Of a DNA stretch of 64,000 nucleotides, positions 27,919-37,098 are shown in pieces. The DNA is taken from positions 2,036 through 66,035 of the forward strand of contig CAYUCT010000002.1 of NCBI GenBank assembly GCA_964443565.1, written 5' to 3'. The notes under the pieces were generated by a model. The model was not told the origin of the DNA and searched no databases. It saw only the letters and a list, made by a program, of their open reading frames with translations. Origin of the DNA: Candidatus Woesearchaeota archaeon (GTDB taxonomy: Archaea > Nanobdellota > Nanobdellia > Pacearchaeales > UBA284). How positions within the stretch are numbered: the first letter of the stretch is position 1; each line of letters opens with the position of its first letter. A program made the position numbers and the translations under genes.

Positions 27919-28299
27919 TTAAGCTACTTCTGTTCTAGGCATCTGCGCCCCTGAGCCCTTATATACTTCTACGAATGAAGGTGATGCTACAACCACGTTT
28001 TCTCCAAATCCTGCTACTGTTCCTTCTAATGCATCAACTGTTTTCTTAAGCTTAGATATCGCTCTTTTCAATTCAACAATATCTTTTGTTTTCAAAGGTC
28101 TTATATCTATAACTGCAATTGTATATCCTTCTCTTAAGATTTCTAAAATTCCGTTGATGTCATCAAATGTTTTTAAGACAAATGGTCTCAAAACAACTTT
28201 GGATTTTTTTGGAGCTTCTCTACCAACATCTACTTCAATATATTCTGGGCTTTGTGTAGAAGTTTCTTCGCCACCAAATATTTTTTTTATAAATGACAT
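27919..28299 (-). CDS. sepF: Cell division protein SepF
   Basis: EYIEVD N-terminus; LREGYTIAVIDI..LKRAISKLKK..GTVAG..VVASP. Confidence 0.88.
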   Translation of the reverse strand: MSFIKKIFGGEETSTQSPEYIEVDVGREAPKKSKVVLRPFVLKTFDDINGILEILREGYTIAVIDIRPLKTKDIVELKRAISKLKKTVDALEGTVAGFGENVVVASPSFVEVYKGSGAQMPRTEVA

Positions 28300-28375
28300 T
28301 TTAATACCTTTTTTTATGTTTTATATGAAAATGATTATCTTTCTGTTTATAAATTTTTTGTGTCAAAAAAATTGC

Positions 28376-28735
28376 TTAATGTTTCTTAAATTTTTTCAAA
28401 ACATCTTCTCTAGCGTCAATTAATTTTTCTTTTAAAGATTCTTCTTGTTTCTCTATAGAAGTAATTCTCAAATTTAGTAGGTCTTTTTTTCTTGTTAATT
28501 CTTTTTCCATATCTTCTTTATTAGATTTAATCATCAATGTTCCAACAATCTTAAAAATTTCATCTTTGACTTTTAATTTTTTTAATTCTTCTAATGCATT
28601 TGTTGTTTCTATTAATTCCATTTGAAAAACTTGTTTTTGCATTGATAAATTCTGCAATCCTTGCTCAATCATTTGGAGTTCTTCTAATGTAACCCCATTT
28701 AATTCAGAATTAATTTGATTGTCTTTTTTTTCCAT
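28376..28735 (-). CDS. pfdB: Prefoldin beta subunit
   Basis: Coiled coil - ALEEL...IFKIVGTLMIK - coiled coil. Confidence 0.92.
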   Translation of the reverse strand: MEKKDNQINSELNGVTLEELQMIEQGLQNLSMQKQVFQMELIETTNALEELKKLKVKDEIFKIVGTLMIKSNKEDMEKELTRKKDLLNLRITSIEKQEESLKEKLIDAREDVLKKFKKH

Positions 28736-28770
28736 TTTGATTATTTAAAAAATTTAAAGGAATTATTATT

Positions 28771-28908
28771 TTAAACTGCTTTAACTTTTTTTATTGCTGT
28801 TCTAGGTTTAAAAAATACTCTTGAATTACAATTAGAACAAACAATTTTTCCTTTTGTTGTTTTTGCTGGAATCTGTTTTCCACAAAAAAAGCATTTGTAT
28901 ATTGTCAT
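28771..28908 (-). CDS. rpoP: DNA-directed RNA polymerase subunit P (Rpo12); below the ORF-track length cutoff
   Basis: Manual translation MTIYKCFFCGKQIPAKTTKGKIVCSNCNSRVFFKPRTAIKKVKAV; Zn ribbon; canonical position between rpl37ae and pfdB. Confidence 0.93.
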   Translation of the reverse strand: MTIYKCFFCGKQIPAKTTKGKIVCSNCNSRVFFKPRTAIKKVKAV

Positions 28909-28976
28909 TTTTATTTTTTATTAATTTAATTATTTAATATTTAATCTCAAAGGAAATTATTTTGAGTTATTTATTT

Positions 28977-29198
28977 TTATTTCTCGTTAATACTATACGC
29001 TCCAAAAGTAAATTTTTTGGAACATTTGTCACATTTCCAAAGTCCCTTAGATAATCTTTTAACACCTAATTTTTTACAATATGGACATTTTTGTTTTTTA
29101 TTTTGTCTATTTTCCACCTGCAATGTTACTCTCTTTACTCTATCACCATATCTCGGACCAAATCTTCCTGTAGATTTTACTATTTTTGTTCTTACCAT
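28977..29198 (-). CDS. rpl37ae: 50S ribosomal protein L37ae
   Basis: TGRFGPRYG, CPYC..VKR..GLWKCDKC..FTFGAY. Confidence 0.96.
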   Translation of the reverse strand: MVRTKIVKSTGRFGPRYGDRVKRVTLQVENRQNKKQKCPYCKKLGVKRLSKGLWKCDKCSKKFTFGAYSINEK

Positions 29199-29235
29199 TT
29201 TATTTTTTTATTTTTTTATTTTATTTGAAATATAA

Positions 29236-29331
29236 TATGGCTGTCAAGATTCCCAAAAAAATTGCTTTGCAATTTTTTTGGCGCCGAAAATATATATTTT
29301 CGACGTGAACCAAGTTCAAATCCTTGCCATA
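29236..29331 (-). ncRNA. Candidate structured RNA or palindromic repeat element (four-way junction)
   Basis: Closing stem plus three abutting hairpins; G-U-compatible pairing on the minus strand (see findings). Confidence 0.5.
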
Positions 29332-29336
29332 ATAAA

Positions 29337-29410
29337 TGGGGCTGCCCGGATTTGAACCGGGATCGCAAGGTCCCAAACCTCGAAGGCTAACCAGGTTACC
29401 CCACAACCCC
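29337..29410 (-). tRNA. tRNA-Pro(TGG)
   Basis: GGGGTTG/CAGCCCC-A, anticodon arm CGAGG-TTTGGGA-CCTTG, GGTTCAAATCC. Confidence 0.94.
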
Positions 29411-29461
29411 TTGTTAGGGTTAATAATTGTTTATTATTAAAAGTTATGTTTCTAAATTAAA

Positions 29462-30145
29462 CTATTTTTTCTTTGCCGGTGCTGCCGCGGCTGCTGCTGG
29501 AGCTACCGCAGTTTTTCCTGCTTCTGGTTTTGCAGCAGCAGTAACTGCTTTTGCTGCGGCTTTTTCTTCTGCTACTTTCTCTAAATCTTTAATAAATGCA
29601 TCTTGGACTTTCTTTACTTTTTCAAAATCTTTTGCTAATTGGTCCAATTTTTCTTGTGATGCTTCTTCATTTCCTTGTGAAATTTCTTGATCATATTTTC
29701 CCGCCTTAACATCTTCAATTAATTCTTTTGGTTCTTTACTTTCAACAACCAATCCAATACTGTGGCATGTTCCCAATGTTGAAATAACTGCTGCTTTTAA
29801 ATCATTTACGAACATATCTTCTTGTTTTTTCTTTGCTACTTTAATGACTAATTCAATTGGAGCATTTCCAATCTTTAATTTATTTGGTCTACCCGAACCC
29901 ATAGAAGAATTTATTTCTTTTTTTAATAATTCAGATGTTGAAGGAATTAATGTTTTAACGCTAATATCTTTGGTTTTAGTATTAATATCTATAATTATTG
30001 GAACTTTCATACCTTTAAATTCTGCGGTAGCTTTATTCACATCACCAATCAATTTACCCATATTTAAACCCAATGGACCAATTTTCTGACTAAGTGTTGG
30101 ACCGGGTTTCATTTCTCCACCTACAACCAATAATTTTATTTCCAT
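29462..30145 (-). CDS. rpl11: 50S ribosomal protein L11 with C-terminal extension
   Basis: GGEMKPGPTLSQKIGPLG, FKGMKVP, GTCHSIG, GKYD; extra helical and Ala/Pro/Lys tail. Confidence 0.93.
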   Translation of the reverse strand: MEIKLLVVGGEMKPGPTLSQKIGPLGLNMGKLIGDVNKATAEFKGMKVPIIIDINTKTKDISVKTLIPSTSELLKKEINSSMGSGRPNKLKIGNAPIELVIKVAKKKQEDMFVNDLKAAVISTLGTCHSIGLVVESKEPKELIEDVKAGKYDQEISQGNEEASQEKLDQLAKDFEKVKKVQDAFIKDLEKVAEEKAAAKAVTAAAKPEAGKTAVAPAAAAAAPAKKK

Positions 30146-30146
30146 T

Positions 30147-30404
30147 TTAAGAAAGTTTTACCTCATCATTTATTGCTTGCCCTGGCAATCCTTTTTCAAA
30201 AACTGCCCTAATATGGCCTTTATTTCCATGAGTAGACATAATTTCACCATTTATTTCTTTTCCAGCAATACTCGTCCAACTAATTTTTTTACCAATTAAT
30301 TTTGTTGCTTTTTCTTTGGTTTCAATACCCTCAACCTCGATAATAAAATGCCTTGGTTTTTGAGTTTTTCTTCCTCTTCTGAACGAAATAACTTTTGCTT
30401 TCAT
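30147..30404 (-). CDS. rpl35ae: 50S ribosomal protein L35ae
   Basis: SFRRGRKTQ, HGNKG..RAVFEKGLPGQAI. Confidence 0.95.
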   Translation of the reverse strand: MKAKVISFRRGRKTQKPRHFIIEVEGIETKEKATKLIGKKISWTSIAGKEINGEIMSTHGNKGHIRAVFEKGLPGQAINDEVKLS

Positions 30405-30445
30405 TTTTTAATTAGCTGTAAATATTCTGAAATTTTCTACTAAAT

Positions 30446-32272
30446 TTAATTTAAATTTATTTCAAACTCTCCTATTACCTTTCTAAGAAGGTTTATAAGT
30501 TTAATGTTTATTTTTCTTTCAATGTTTTTATTCTTAGATAATTCGTTTTTTAAATCTTCTCTATCTGTTTCTTCTATTTTCCCATCAAAATATATCTTTT
30601 TAATCTTTTCGGATGTAAAATCTGGAACTAAGAAAGCATAATCTTTGAACACAAAAAGTTCTGCTTTTTTATTATCAAATGAAATTTCAATTTTTTTGTT
30701 ATTAATTTCATCTAGTTCTTTTTTTTGAGAATATTCTAAAAGCAAAGAAGAAACTTCATTGATTTCTTTTTTTAGTTCATTAAAATCTTGTTTAGAAATC
30801 TTTTTTGTTTTTAGATTTTTCTTGTATTCTAAAATTTTCATAGAGGTAATTAATACTTTTCTAGGGAGTTTTCCTTTAGCAATCAATTCTTTTTCTAAAA
30901 GAGAAATAATTTTTTGCTCTGTGTGATCCCCTAAAATAATTTTTAATAATTCAAAAATTAGTTCATATCCTTTTTCAATCTCTTTTTCAGTTGTTCTTTT
31001 TTCTATTTGATCCATTAATTGTTTTAATCGTTCAGTATATTCAGAACATTCTTGTAACATCTCATCAATTTCTTTTCCAGAAATAGATTTTATTTTTTCA
31101 TGTTCATATTTTTTATAAATTTCTACAATTTTTTCAAGAGTTTTAACATATTTTAATTCTAATAATTTTTCTTTATCCACAAAAATTTCTTTCATTAAAG
31201 AATAAGTCTCTCGTGGCGTCGGCGGAGCAACACCATACAACATTAATAATGCTTGACTGGGAGTAATAACCCCCCAATAAATATCTTCAATTACAATATC
31301 ATTTAATTTTCTTTTTACATTGTCTGCAACTTTTTCTCCCAACCCCATAAACATTTCAATTGCTTCTGGACTTGGCTTAATTTTACCCATCTTTAATAAT
31401 AATTTCCAAGGCATAAATGCACCCCTATCATAAAATGGAACTCCATCTCGAATAAACGTAAAAATCACGGGGTGAGCATCTTTAACTGCTTCCCAAAATT
31501 CTGTAAGAATATAAATTTGCGGAGAAAGCTTATTTTTGACTCCTGCTTTTTCGCTAGCTTCAAATGCGTAAGTATAAATGATAGATCTTAATTTTTCTTT
31601 TAATTCATATCTAGACATTCTTTTAACATCTGTATCATCTATGATAATTGCAACATCAATATCTGAAGTTTTCACTGCAGTTCCACGAACAAAAGAACCT
31701 GCGACAACATAACTTACTACATACCTTTCAAATTTTTTAAGAATTAACATCTTATGAATACTCGCAGCTCTTATGCCTCCAAGAATCCCCTTATCATAAA
31801 GAGGAAACGACATGGACATTGCTTCAAGCATAGAATATTTTCCATCAAAAGCAATTTCCCACATTTCAGATACTGATTTGATATGCATCCAAATTTTTGG
31901 CTTACTTTCTTTTAATATTTCAATACTTTCTTTTAATATTTTTTGAGAATCTTTTATTTTTTCATCGGGCAAAAGTAATAAGACATGAACTAATTTTTGA
32001 TCTTTTTCTTTTGGAATTTCTTCCTCTTCTTCAATAAGTTCTGAAGCTACTGGGGGGATAATTCCAATTGATTGAATAAATGAATATTTTTTAGTTATTT
32101 TTTTAGTATATTCTGAAAGAATTTCCTTAACTTTTTCAATATCTTTTTTTACTTCTTCTGGAATTTGCTCTAATTGTTCATTTAACTTTTTTTCATAATC
32201 TTCATTTTCAGATTCTGACTTTGTTTTATTTTTTTCTTCTTTTTCTCTATCTATATTTGGATTGATTGTCAT
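30446..32272 (-). CDS. Large Pol-beta-like nucleotidyltransferase domain protein with HEPN-like helical domain
   Basis: GSFVRG...SDIDVAIIIDD; IRDGVPFYD; DIYW..SQALLMLYG..PP (HEPN-like). Confidence 0.75.
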   Translation of the reverse strand: MTINPNIDREKEEKNKTKSESENEDYEKKLNEQLEQIPEEVKKDIEKVKEILSEYTKKITKKYSFIQSIGIIPPVASELIEEEEEIPKEKDQKLVHVLLLLPDEKIKDSQKILKESIEILKESKPKIWMHIKSVSEMWEIAFDGKYSMLEAMSMSFPLYDKGILGGIRAASIHKMLILKKFERYVVSYVVAGSFVRGTAVKTSDIDVAIIIDDTDVKRMSRYELKEKLRSIIYTYAFEASEKAGVKNKLSPQIYILTEFWEAVKDAHPVIFTFIRDGVPFYDRGAFMPWKLLLKMGKIKPSPEAIEMFMGLGEKVADNVKRKLNDIVIEDIYWGVITPSQALLMLYGVAPPTPRETYSLMKEIFVDKEKLLELKYVKTLEKIVEIYKKYEHEKIKSISGKEIDEMLQECSEYTERLKQLMDQIEKRTTEKEIEKGYELIFELLKIILGDHTEQKIISLLEKELIAKGKLPRKVLITSMKILEYKKNLKTKKISKQDFNELKKEINEVSSLLLEYSQKKELDEINNKKIEISFDNKKAELFVFKDYAFLVPDFTSEKIKKIYFDGKIEETDREDLKNELSKNKNIERKINIKLINLLRKVIGEFEINLN

Positions 32273-32394
32273 ATACTAAAAAATTAAGAAACCTTTTTAA
32301 AGTTTTACTATTTTTCAAAAAGTATAAACCTAATAAAAATGGATATGGTTTAAATAAGTATAATTCAAATAAGAAAATAGATAGACATCTAAAT

Positions 32395-32467
32395 GAGCCC
32401 ATAGTCCAGTGGTTAAGACGTCTCCCTTACACGGAGAAGATCACAGGTTCGAACCCTGTTGGGCTCA
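32395..32467 (+). tRNA. tRNA-Val(TAC)
   Basis: GAGCCCA/TGGGCTC-A, anticodon arm TCTCC-CTTACAC-GGAGA, GGTTCGAACC. Confidence 0.95.
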
Positions 32468-32634
32468 TATTTATATACCTGAGATTACACATTTGTAAAT
32501 CTTAAATTTGTAAATTGCCAATTTATAACTTCCAAATTAATACGGGCAAGTAAAAACAAATAAAAACAAATAGAAATAAATAAAAATAAAGAAAATAAAA
32601 AGATAACTAAAACAATAAAAACGGTTTATACAAA

Positions 32635-33330
32635 ATGTTTATAAAAAAAATATTTGAAAAATCTTCTGATGAATTAGTCCATAAACAATTTATTAGATTT
32701 GGAAAAGGTTATTATCAAAACAAAGCAGTCATAAATGTTAAAGTCGGAAAAGACATCCTTGTATCAACAACATATGAATTAGCAAATGATTTAACTGCAT
32801 TCATTAGTTGTCTTGATAAAAAAATAAAAGTTAATGGGATTGTTTTAACCAAAGAAAAATCTTCAATCTTATCTTCATTCGGGCAAGAAAAAGAAAAGGC
32901 TAGACTATTTGAATATACAATTATAAAAGAAATTTCTTCTGAAGATCTTAAAAAGATTGTAAAAGAGTCATATTTTACATTTTTAGACTGCAATTTTAAT
33001 GGCGGAGAATTTAAGATTAAAAAAACTCTTCCAAAACCTGGAAAAGGATCTAATGCAAAAGTGAATGATAAGTTTTGTGTATTAAAATTAGATTTAAAAT
33101 TTATAAACGAAGTTAAAAAAGAATTTTTATTTGATATTGATGAAAAATCTTTTAAAAAAATTTCAATTGAACATAGGTATAATATTTCTGAAATAAAAAT
33201 GCCTGAAAATTTAAAAAAAGAGAAAGACCCAGAAAAGATAAGACTCAATGCATTAAGAATTGGAAAAATTGAAAGGATTATTAATATCGACGGAAAAGAA
33301 ATAAAAAAAGAATGCGAATTAAAAGTTTAA
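32635..33330 (+). CDS. Basic hypothetical protein upstream of rpl3
   Basis: 231-aa Lys-rich ORF; motif-like VHKQFIRFGKG, LPKPGK, RxGKIERI. Confidence 0.75.
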   Translation: MFIKKIFEKSSDELVHKQFIRFGKGYYQNKAVINVKVGKDILVSTTYELANDLTAFISCLDKKIKVNGIVLTKEKSSILSSFGQEKEKARLFEYTIIKEISSEDLKKIVKESYFTFLDCNFNGGEFKIKKTLPKPGKGSNAKVNDKFCVLKLDLKFINEVKKEFLFDIDEKSFKKISIEHRYNISEIKMPENLKKEKDPEKIRLNALRIGKIERIINIDGKEIKKECELKV

Positions 33331-33488
33331 TTGAAAAATAAAAATTAGCAAATTTCTAAAAATCACAACCTTTATAAATACAATTTTTGATGATTAAATA
33401 AGTTCACAATTTATAGAGGGTAGAAAAATGAAAGTTAAATATAGTTATAAATATACCATTCAAAAATATAACAATTCAGAGATAGAAT

Positions 33489-34448
33489 ATGCCAAAATTA
33501 CATCAACCACATTCGGGAAGTATGGCCTATTGGCCAAGAAAAAGATCATCTAAAACTCTACCTAGTGTAAACTGGTTACCGATTGAGAAAAAAACTACCC
33601 AAAAGGGTCTTCTAGGATTTATTGGATATAAAGCCGGAATGGCTAGACTTTTAGTAAAAGATAATACTAACGAATCAAGAACTAAAGGAAAACAAATTAT
33701 TGTCCCAATAACCATTGTTGAATGTCCTTCTCAAAAAATTTTATCTGCAAGATTTCATAAAAATAAAAAAGTTTTATTTGAAACAATCAATACTAATTTA
33801 GATAAAGAATTAAAAAGAAAAATAAAATTTCCAAAAAATGCAAAAATTTCTTTAGAAGATGCAGAAAAAAGATTGAGCGAAATTGATGAAATTACCGCAA
33901 TTGTTTATTCTATTCCAAAAAAAATTGAATCAAAAAAAACACCTGATTTATTAGAGATAGGCATTGGTGGAGACTTAAAAGAAAAATTTGAATTTATTAA
34001 ATCTAATATTAATAAAGAATTTTTTGTCAAAGATATTTTTGCAAAAAATCAGATAGTAGACATAAAAGGATTAACAAGAGGATTAGGAAATCAAGGCCCT
34101 GTAAAAAGATTTGGAATTGGATTAAAATCCCATAAAGCGGAAAAAGGACAAAGAAGACCTGGAAATCTTGGTCCATGGACACCATCAAGAGTTTCCTTTA
34201 GAGCACCGCAATTGGGTCAAACAGGATTTTTTTCTAGAATTAAATTAAACAATAAAATTATAGATATTCAAGAAGGACAAAAAATAAATTTTGGGATTGA
34301 AAATTATGGAAAACTTTTAGGGGATATTTTATTTATTAAAGGATCAATTCAAGGAACCCCAAAAAGACAACTAATAATTTATCCAAGTCCAAGACAAAAA
34401 AGAAGAACAACCAAAGAAAATTTTGAGGTTATTAAATTTTTAAAATAG
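33489..34448 (+). CDS. rpl3: 50S ribosomal protein L3
   Basis: GSMAYWPRKR, GYKAGM, QGPVKRFG, GNLGPWTP. Confidence 0.97.
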   Translation: MPKLHQPHSGSMAYWPRKRSSKTLPSVNWLPIEKKTTQKGLLGFIGYKAGMARLLVKDNTNESRTKGKQIIVPITIVECPSQKILSARFHKNKKVLFETINTNLDKELKRKIKFPKNAKISLEDAEKRLSEIDEITAIVYSIPKKIESKKTPDLLEIGIGGDLKEKFEFIKSNINKEFFVKDIFAKNQIVDIKGLTRGLGNQGPVKRFGIGLKSHKAEKGQRRPGNLGPWTPSRVSFRAPQLGQTGFFSRIKLNNKIIDIQEGQKINFGIENYGKLLGDILFIKGSIQGTPKRQLIIYPSPRQKRRTTKENFEVIKFLK

Positions 34449-34466
34449 ATAGAATATTCAAATAAA

Positions 34467-35249
34467 ATGAAAACAAAAATAATTAATTCAGACGGAAAAC
34501 AAGGAAAAGAAATTGCATTGCCACAAGTATTTGAAACAAAAATAAGACCAGATATTATAAAAAAAATATTTGAAACAATCAAAAATTTTCAACCATATGG
34601 TGCATATATCCTTGCGGGTAAAGATGTATCTGCTAGCGGAAAACAAAGACACATCAGACATAAATGGAAAACACTTTATGGATATGGTATTTCAAGAATC
34701 CCAAGAAAAACAATGTCTAGAAGAGGGGATAGATTCAATTGGATTGGAGCATTTATTCCAGGAACAAGAAAGGGTAGAGCTGCGCATCCGCCAAAACCAG
34801 TGAAAAATAAAGGAATAATAAATCAAAAAGAAAAAAAATTAGCATTATACTCCGCAATTGCTGCAACAGCCTCTAAAAAAATAATTTTAAGCAAATATAA
34901 TTTAGATTTAACAAATTTACCAATAATTGTTGATTCAGAATTTTTAACAAAAAAACCAAAAGAATTTGAAGATAAAATTAAAGAAATAACAACTCTTTCA
35001 GATATTTACACAAAAAAAATAAGGGCGGGAAAAGGAAAATCAAGAAATAGAAAATATAAAATAATTAAAAAAATTTTATTTGTTGTTTCTGAAGAAGAAT
35101 ACAATCAAGCTAAAAAATTAAAAAATACTGGAGCAGAAGTAACTAAAACAAATCAATTAAATATCTTAAATTTAGCACCTGGTGGAATTCCCGGAAGATT
35201 AACGGTTTATACTGAAAAAGCAATAAATGAATTAGGAAAATTAAAATGA
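34467..35249 (+). CDS. rpl4: 50S ribosomal protein L4
   Basis: IRPDII, GISRIPR, GRAAHPPK, LAPGGIPGRLTVYT. Confidence 0.96.
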   Translation: MKTKIINSDGKQGKEIALPQVFETKIRPDIIKKIFETIKNFQPYGAYILAGKDVSASGKQRHIRHKWKTLYGYGISRIPRKTMSRRGDRFNWIGAFIPGTRKGRAAHPPKPVKNKGIINQKEKKLALYSAIAATASKKIILSKYNLDLTNLPIIVDSEFLTKKPKEFEDKIKEITTLSDIYTKKIRAGKGKSRNRKYKIIKKILFVVSEEEYNQAKKLKNTGAEVTKTNQLNILNLAPGGIPGRLTVYTEKAINELGKLK

Positions 35250-35491
35250 TCTTAACAAAACCAATAACTACCGAAAAGGCAATAAAAGCACTTGAATTAG
35301 AAAATAAACTTTTTTTTATTGTTGATAGAAGAGCAACAAAAAAACAAATTCAAGAAGAGATAGAAAACCAATTCAAAGTAAAAGTAGAAAAAATAAATAC
35401 TCAAATAAGATTAAATAAAAAAATAGCAATAATTAAATTAAACAAAAATTCAAAATCTTCAGATATTGCATCTAAATTAGGATTAATATAA
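35246..35491 (+). CDS. rpl23: 50S ribosomal protein L23
   Basis: PITTEKA..ENKLFFIVD..ATKKQI..VKVEKINT. Confidence 0.96.
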   Translation: MILTKPITTEKAIKALELENKLFFIVDRRATKKQIQEEIENQFKVKVEKINTQIRLNKKIAIIKLNKNSKSSDIASKLGLI

Positions 35492-35492
35492 A

Positions 35493-36200
35493 ATGGGAAA
35501 AACATTAATACAACAAGCAAGAGGACGTGGAGGACCGAGATATAGAACAAAAAAGAAATCATTTAGAGTTACAATTAAATACCCCCCTTGGGATTTTGAA
35601 GGAGATGGAAAAATTGTAAAATTATTTAATGTTGCATGCTATTCCTGCCCAATTGCAAAAATAAAAACTGAAAAAGGATTTTTTTATAATGTTACAACCG
35701 AAGGAAATTATGAAGGAGAAACAATTAAAATTGGAAAAAGTGAAAATATTCAAAATGGAGATATCTTAAAATTATCAGATATGCCAATTGGAACTTTAGT
35801 TTGCAATATTGAAAAATTTAAAGGAAGCAACGGAAAATTTGTAAGAAATAGTGGAATTTGTGGAAGAATTGTAAAAAAAGAAAATTTAAAAATTTATATT
35901 CAAATGCCATCAAAATCAGAAAAAATATTTAAAGGAGATGAAAGAGCAACTATTGGAATTATTGCTGCTGGCGGAAGAAAAGAAAAACCAATATTAAAAG
36001 CTGGAAAGATGGTTCATATTAAAAATGCAAAAGGCGGAAAAGTCTATCCAAGAACAAGTGCAGTAAAAATGAATATCATTGATCATCCATTTGGTTCTGG
36101 AAGAGGAAAAAGAATAAAACAAAAAGTTCCAAAAAGAAATTCCCCACCTGGAGCAAAAGTTGGACTAGTAAGAGCAAGAAGAACAGGAGGAAAGAAATAA
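35493..36200 (+). CDS. rpl2: 50S ribosomal protein L2
   Basis: MGKTLIQQARGRG, KMNIIDHPFGSG, PPGAKVG..ARRTG. Confidence 0.97.
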   Translation: MGKTLIQQARGRGGPRYRTKKKSFRVTIKYPPWDFEGDGKIVKLFNVACYSCPIAKIKTEKGFFYNVTTEGNYEGETIKIGKSENIQNGDILKLSDMPIGTLVCNIEKFKGSNGKFVRNSGICGRIVKKENLKIYIQMPSKSEKIFKGDERATIGIIAAGGRKEKPILKAGKMVHIKNAKGGKVYPRTSAVKMNIIDHPFGSGRGKRIKQKVPKRNSPPGAKVGLVRARRTGGKK

Positions 36201-36201
36201 G

Positions 36202-36591
36202 ATGGTTGGAAAAGAATTTACATATCGTGGAAAAACACTCACAGAATTAAAAGAAATGAATTTGAATGATTTTGCAAAATTACTTCCTTCAAGACAAAGA
36301 AGATCAATAATAAGAAATAGCGCACCCATAGAAAAGTTCATAAAAACATGCAATAAAAAAATAGAAAAGGGAAAAATAATCAAAACGCATTTAAGAGATA
36401 TTATAATTGTTCCAAAAATGATTGGAATGGTTGTTAATGTTTATGCTGGAAAAGAATTTACAGAAGTAAGAATAAGCGACGAAATGATTGGTCATAGAAT
36501 TGGAGAATTCACCCAAACTAGAAAAAAAATTCAACATGGGGCGCCAGGAATTGGAGCTACAAGAGGTTCTTCGTTCTTGTCAGTTAAATAA
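36202..36591 (+). CDS. rps19: 30S ribosomal protein S19
   Basis: FTYRGK, KTHLRD, MIGHRIGEF, HGAPGIGATRGS. Confidence 0.97.
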   Translation: MVGKEFTYRGKTLTELKEMNLNDFAKLLPSRQRRSIIRNSAPIEKFIKTCNKKIEKGKIIKTHLRDIIIVPKMIGMVVNVYAGKEFTEVRISDEMIGHRIGEFTQTRKKIQHGAPGIGATRGSSFLSVK

Positions 36592-36609
36592 ACATAATTA
36601 AAAAATAAA

Positions 36610-37098
36610 ATGGAAAAAGAAGATATAAAAAATAAAGAAACAGAAAAAAAAGTAGAAGTAAAGATAGCGAGAGTTAGAGGATTGAATATTGAAACCTCAC
36701 AAAAATATGCCATTAATATTTGTAAATTTATTAAAAATAAAAAAGCAACATATGCCATTGAATTATTAGAAAAAGTTATGTTAAAAAAAATAGCAATTCC
36801 TATGAAAATGGAAGTAGCGCATAAAAAAGGAATTGGTGGCGGTTATTCATCCGGAAAATATCCGGTAAAAGCATCTGGAATTTTTATAAAATTAATAAAA
36901 AGCTTAATTGCAAATGCTTCAGTTTTAGGATTAGATGAAAAGAATGTTATTATCTCTACAGCAAAAGCAGATAAAGCCCATAGACCATTTAGAGGAACAC
37001 GAATGGCGTATGGTAGAAAAAAATCAAAACGATGTCATGTTTTATTGGAAGCTACAGAGATGAAAGAAAAGAAAAAACAAGGAGAAAATAAAAAATGA
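36610..37098 (+). CDS. rpl22: 50S ribosomal protein L22
   Basis: ICKFIK, GKYPVKA, RMAYGR..CHV; operon position. Confidence 0.94.
   Translation: MEKEDIKNKETEKKVEVKIARVRGLNIETSQKYAINICKFIKNKKATYAIELLEKVMLKKIAIPMKMEVAHKKGIGGGYSSGKYPVKASGIFIKLIKSLIANASVLGLDEKNVIISTAKADKAHRPFRGTRMAYGRKKSKRCHVLLEATEMKEKKKQGENKK

Noticed and set aside
29236..29331. Element as an intron-containing or split tRNA-Asp (CTGTCAA...GTTCAAATCC on the plus strand)
   Set aside because: No D-arm or 7-bp acceptor stem, the T-stem is out of register, and I could not build a canonical bulge-helix-bulge
29221..29406. 61-aa ORF; likewise 24661-24924 and 32266-32505
   Set aside because: These overlap tRNA genes and are spurious translations
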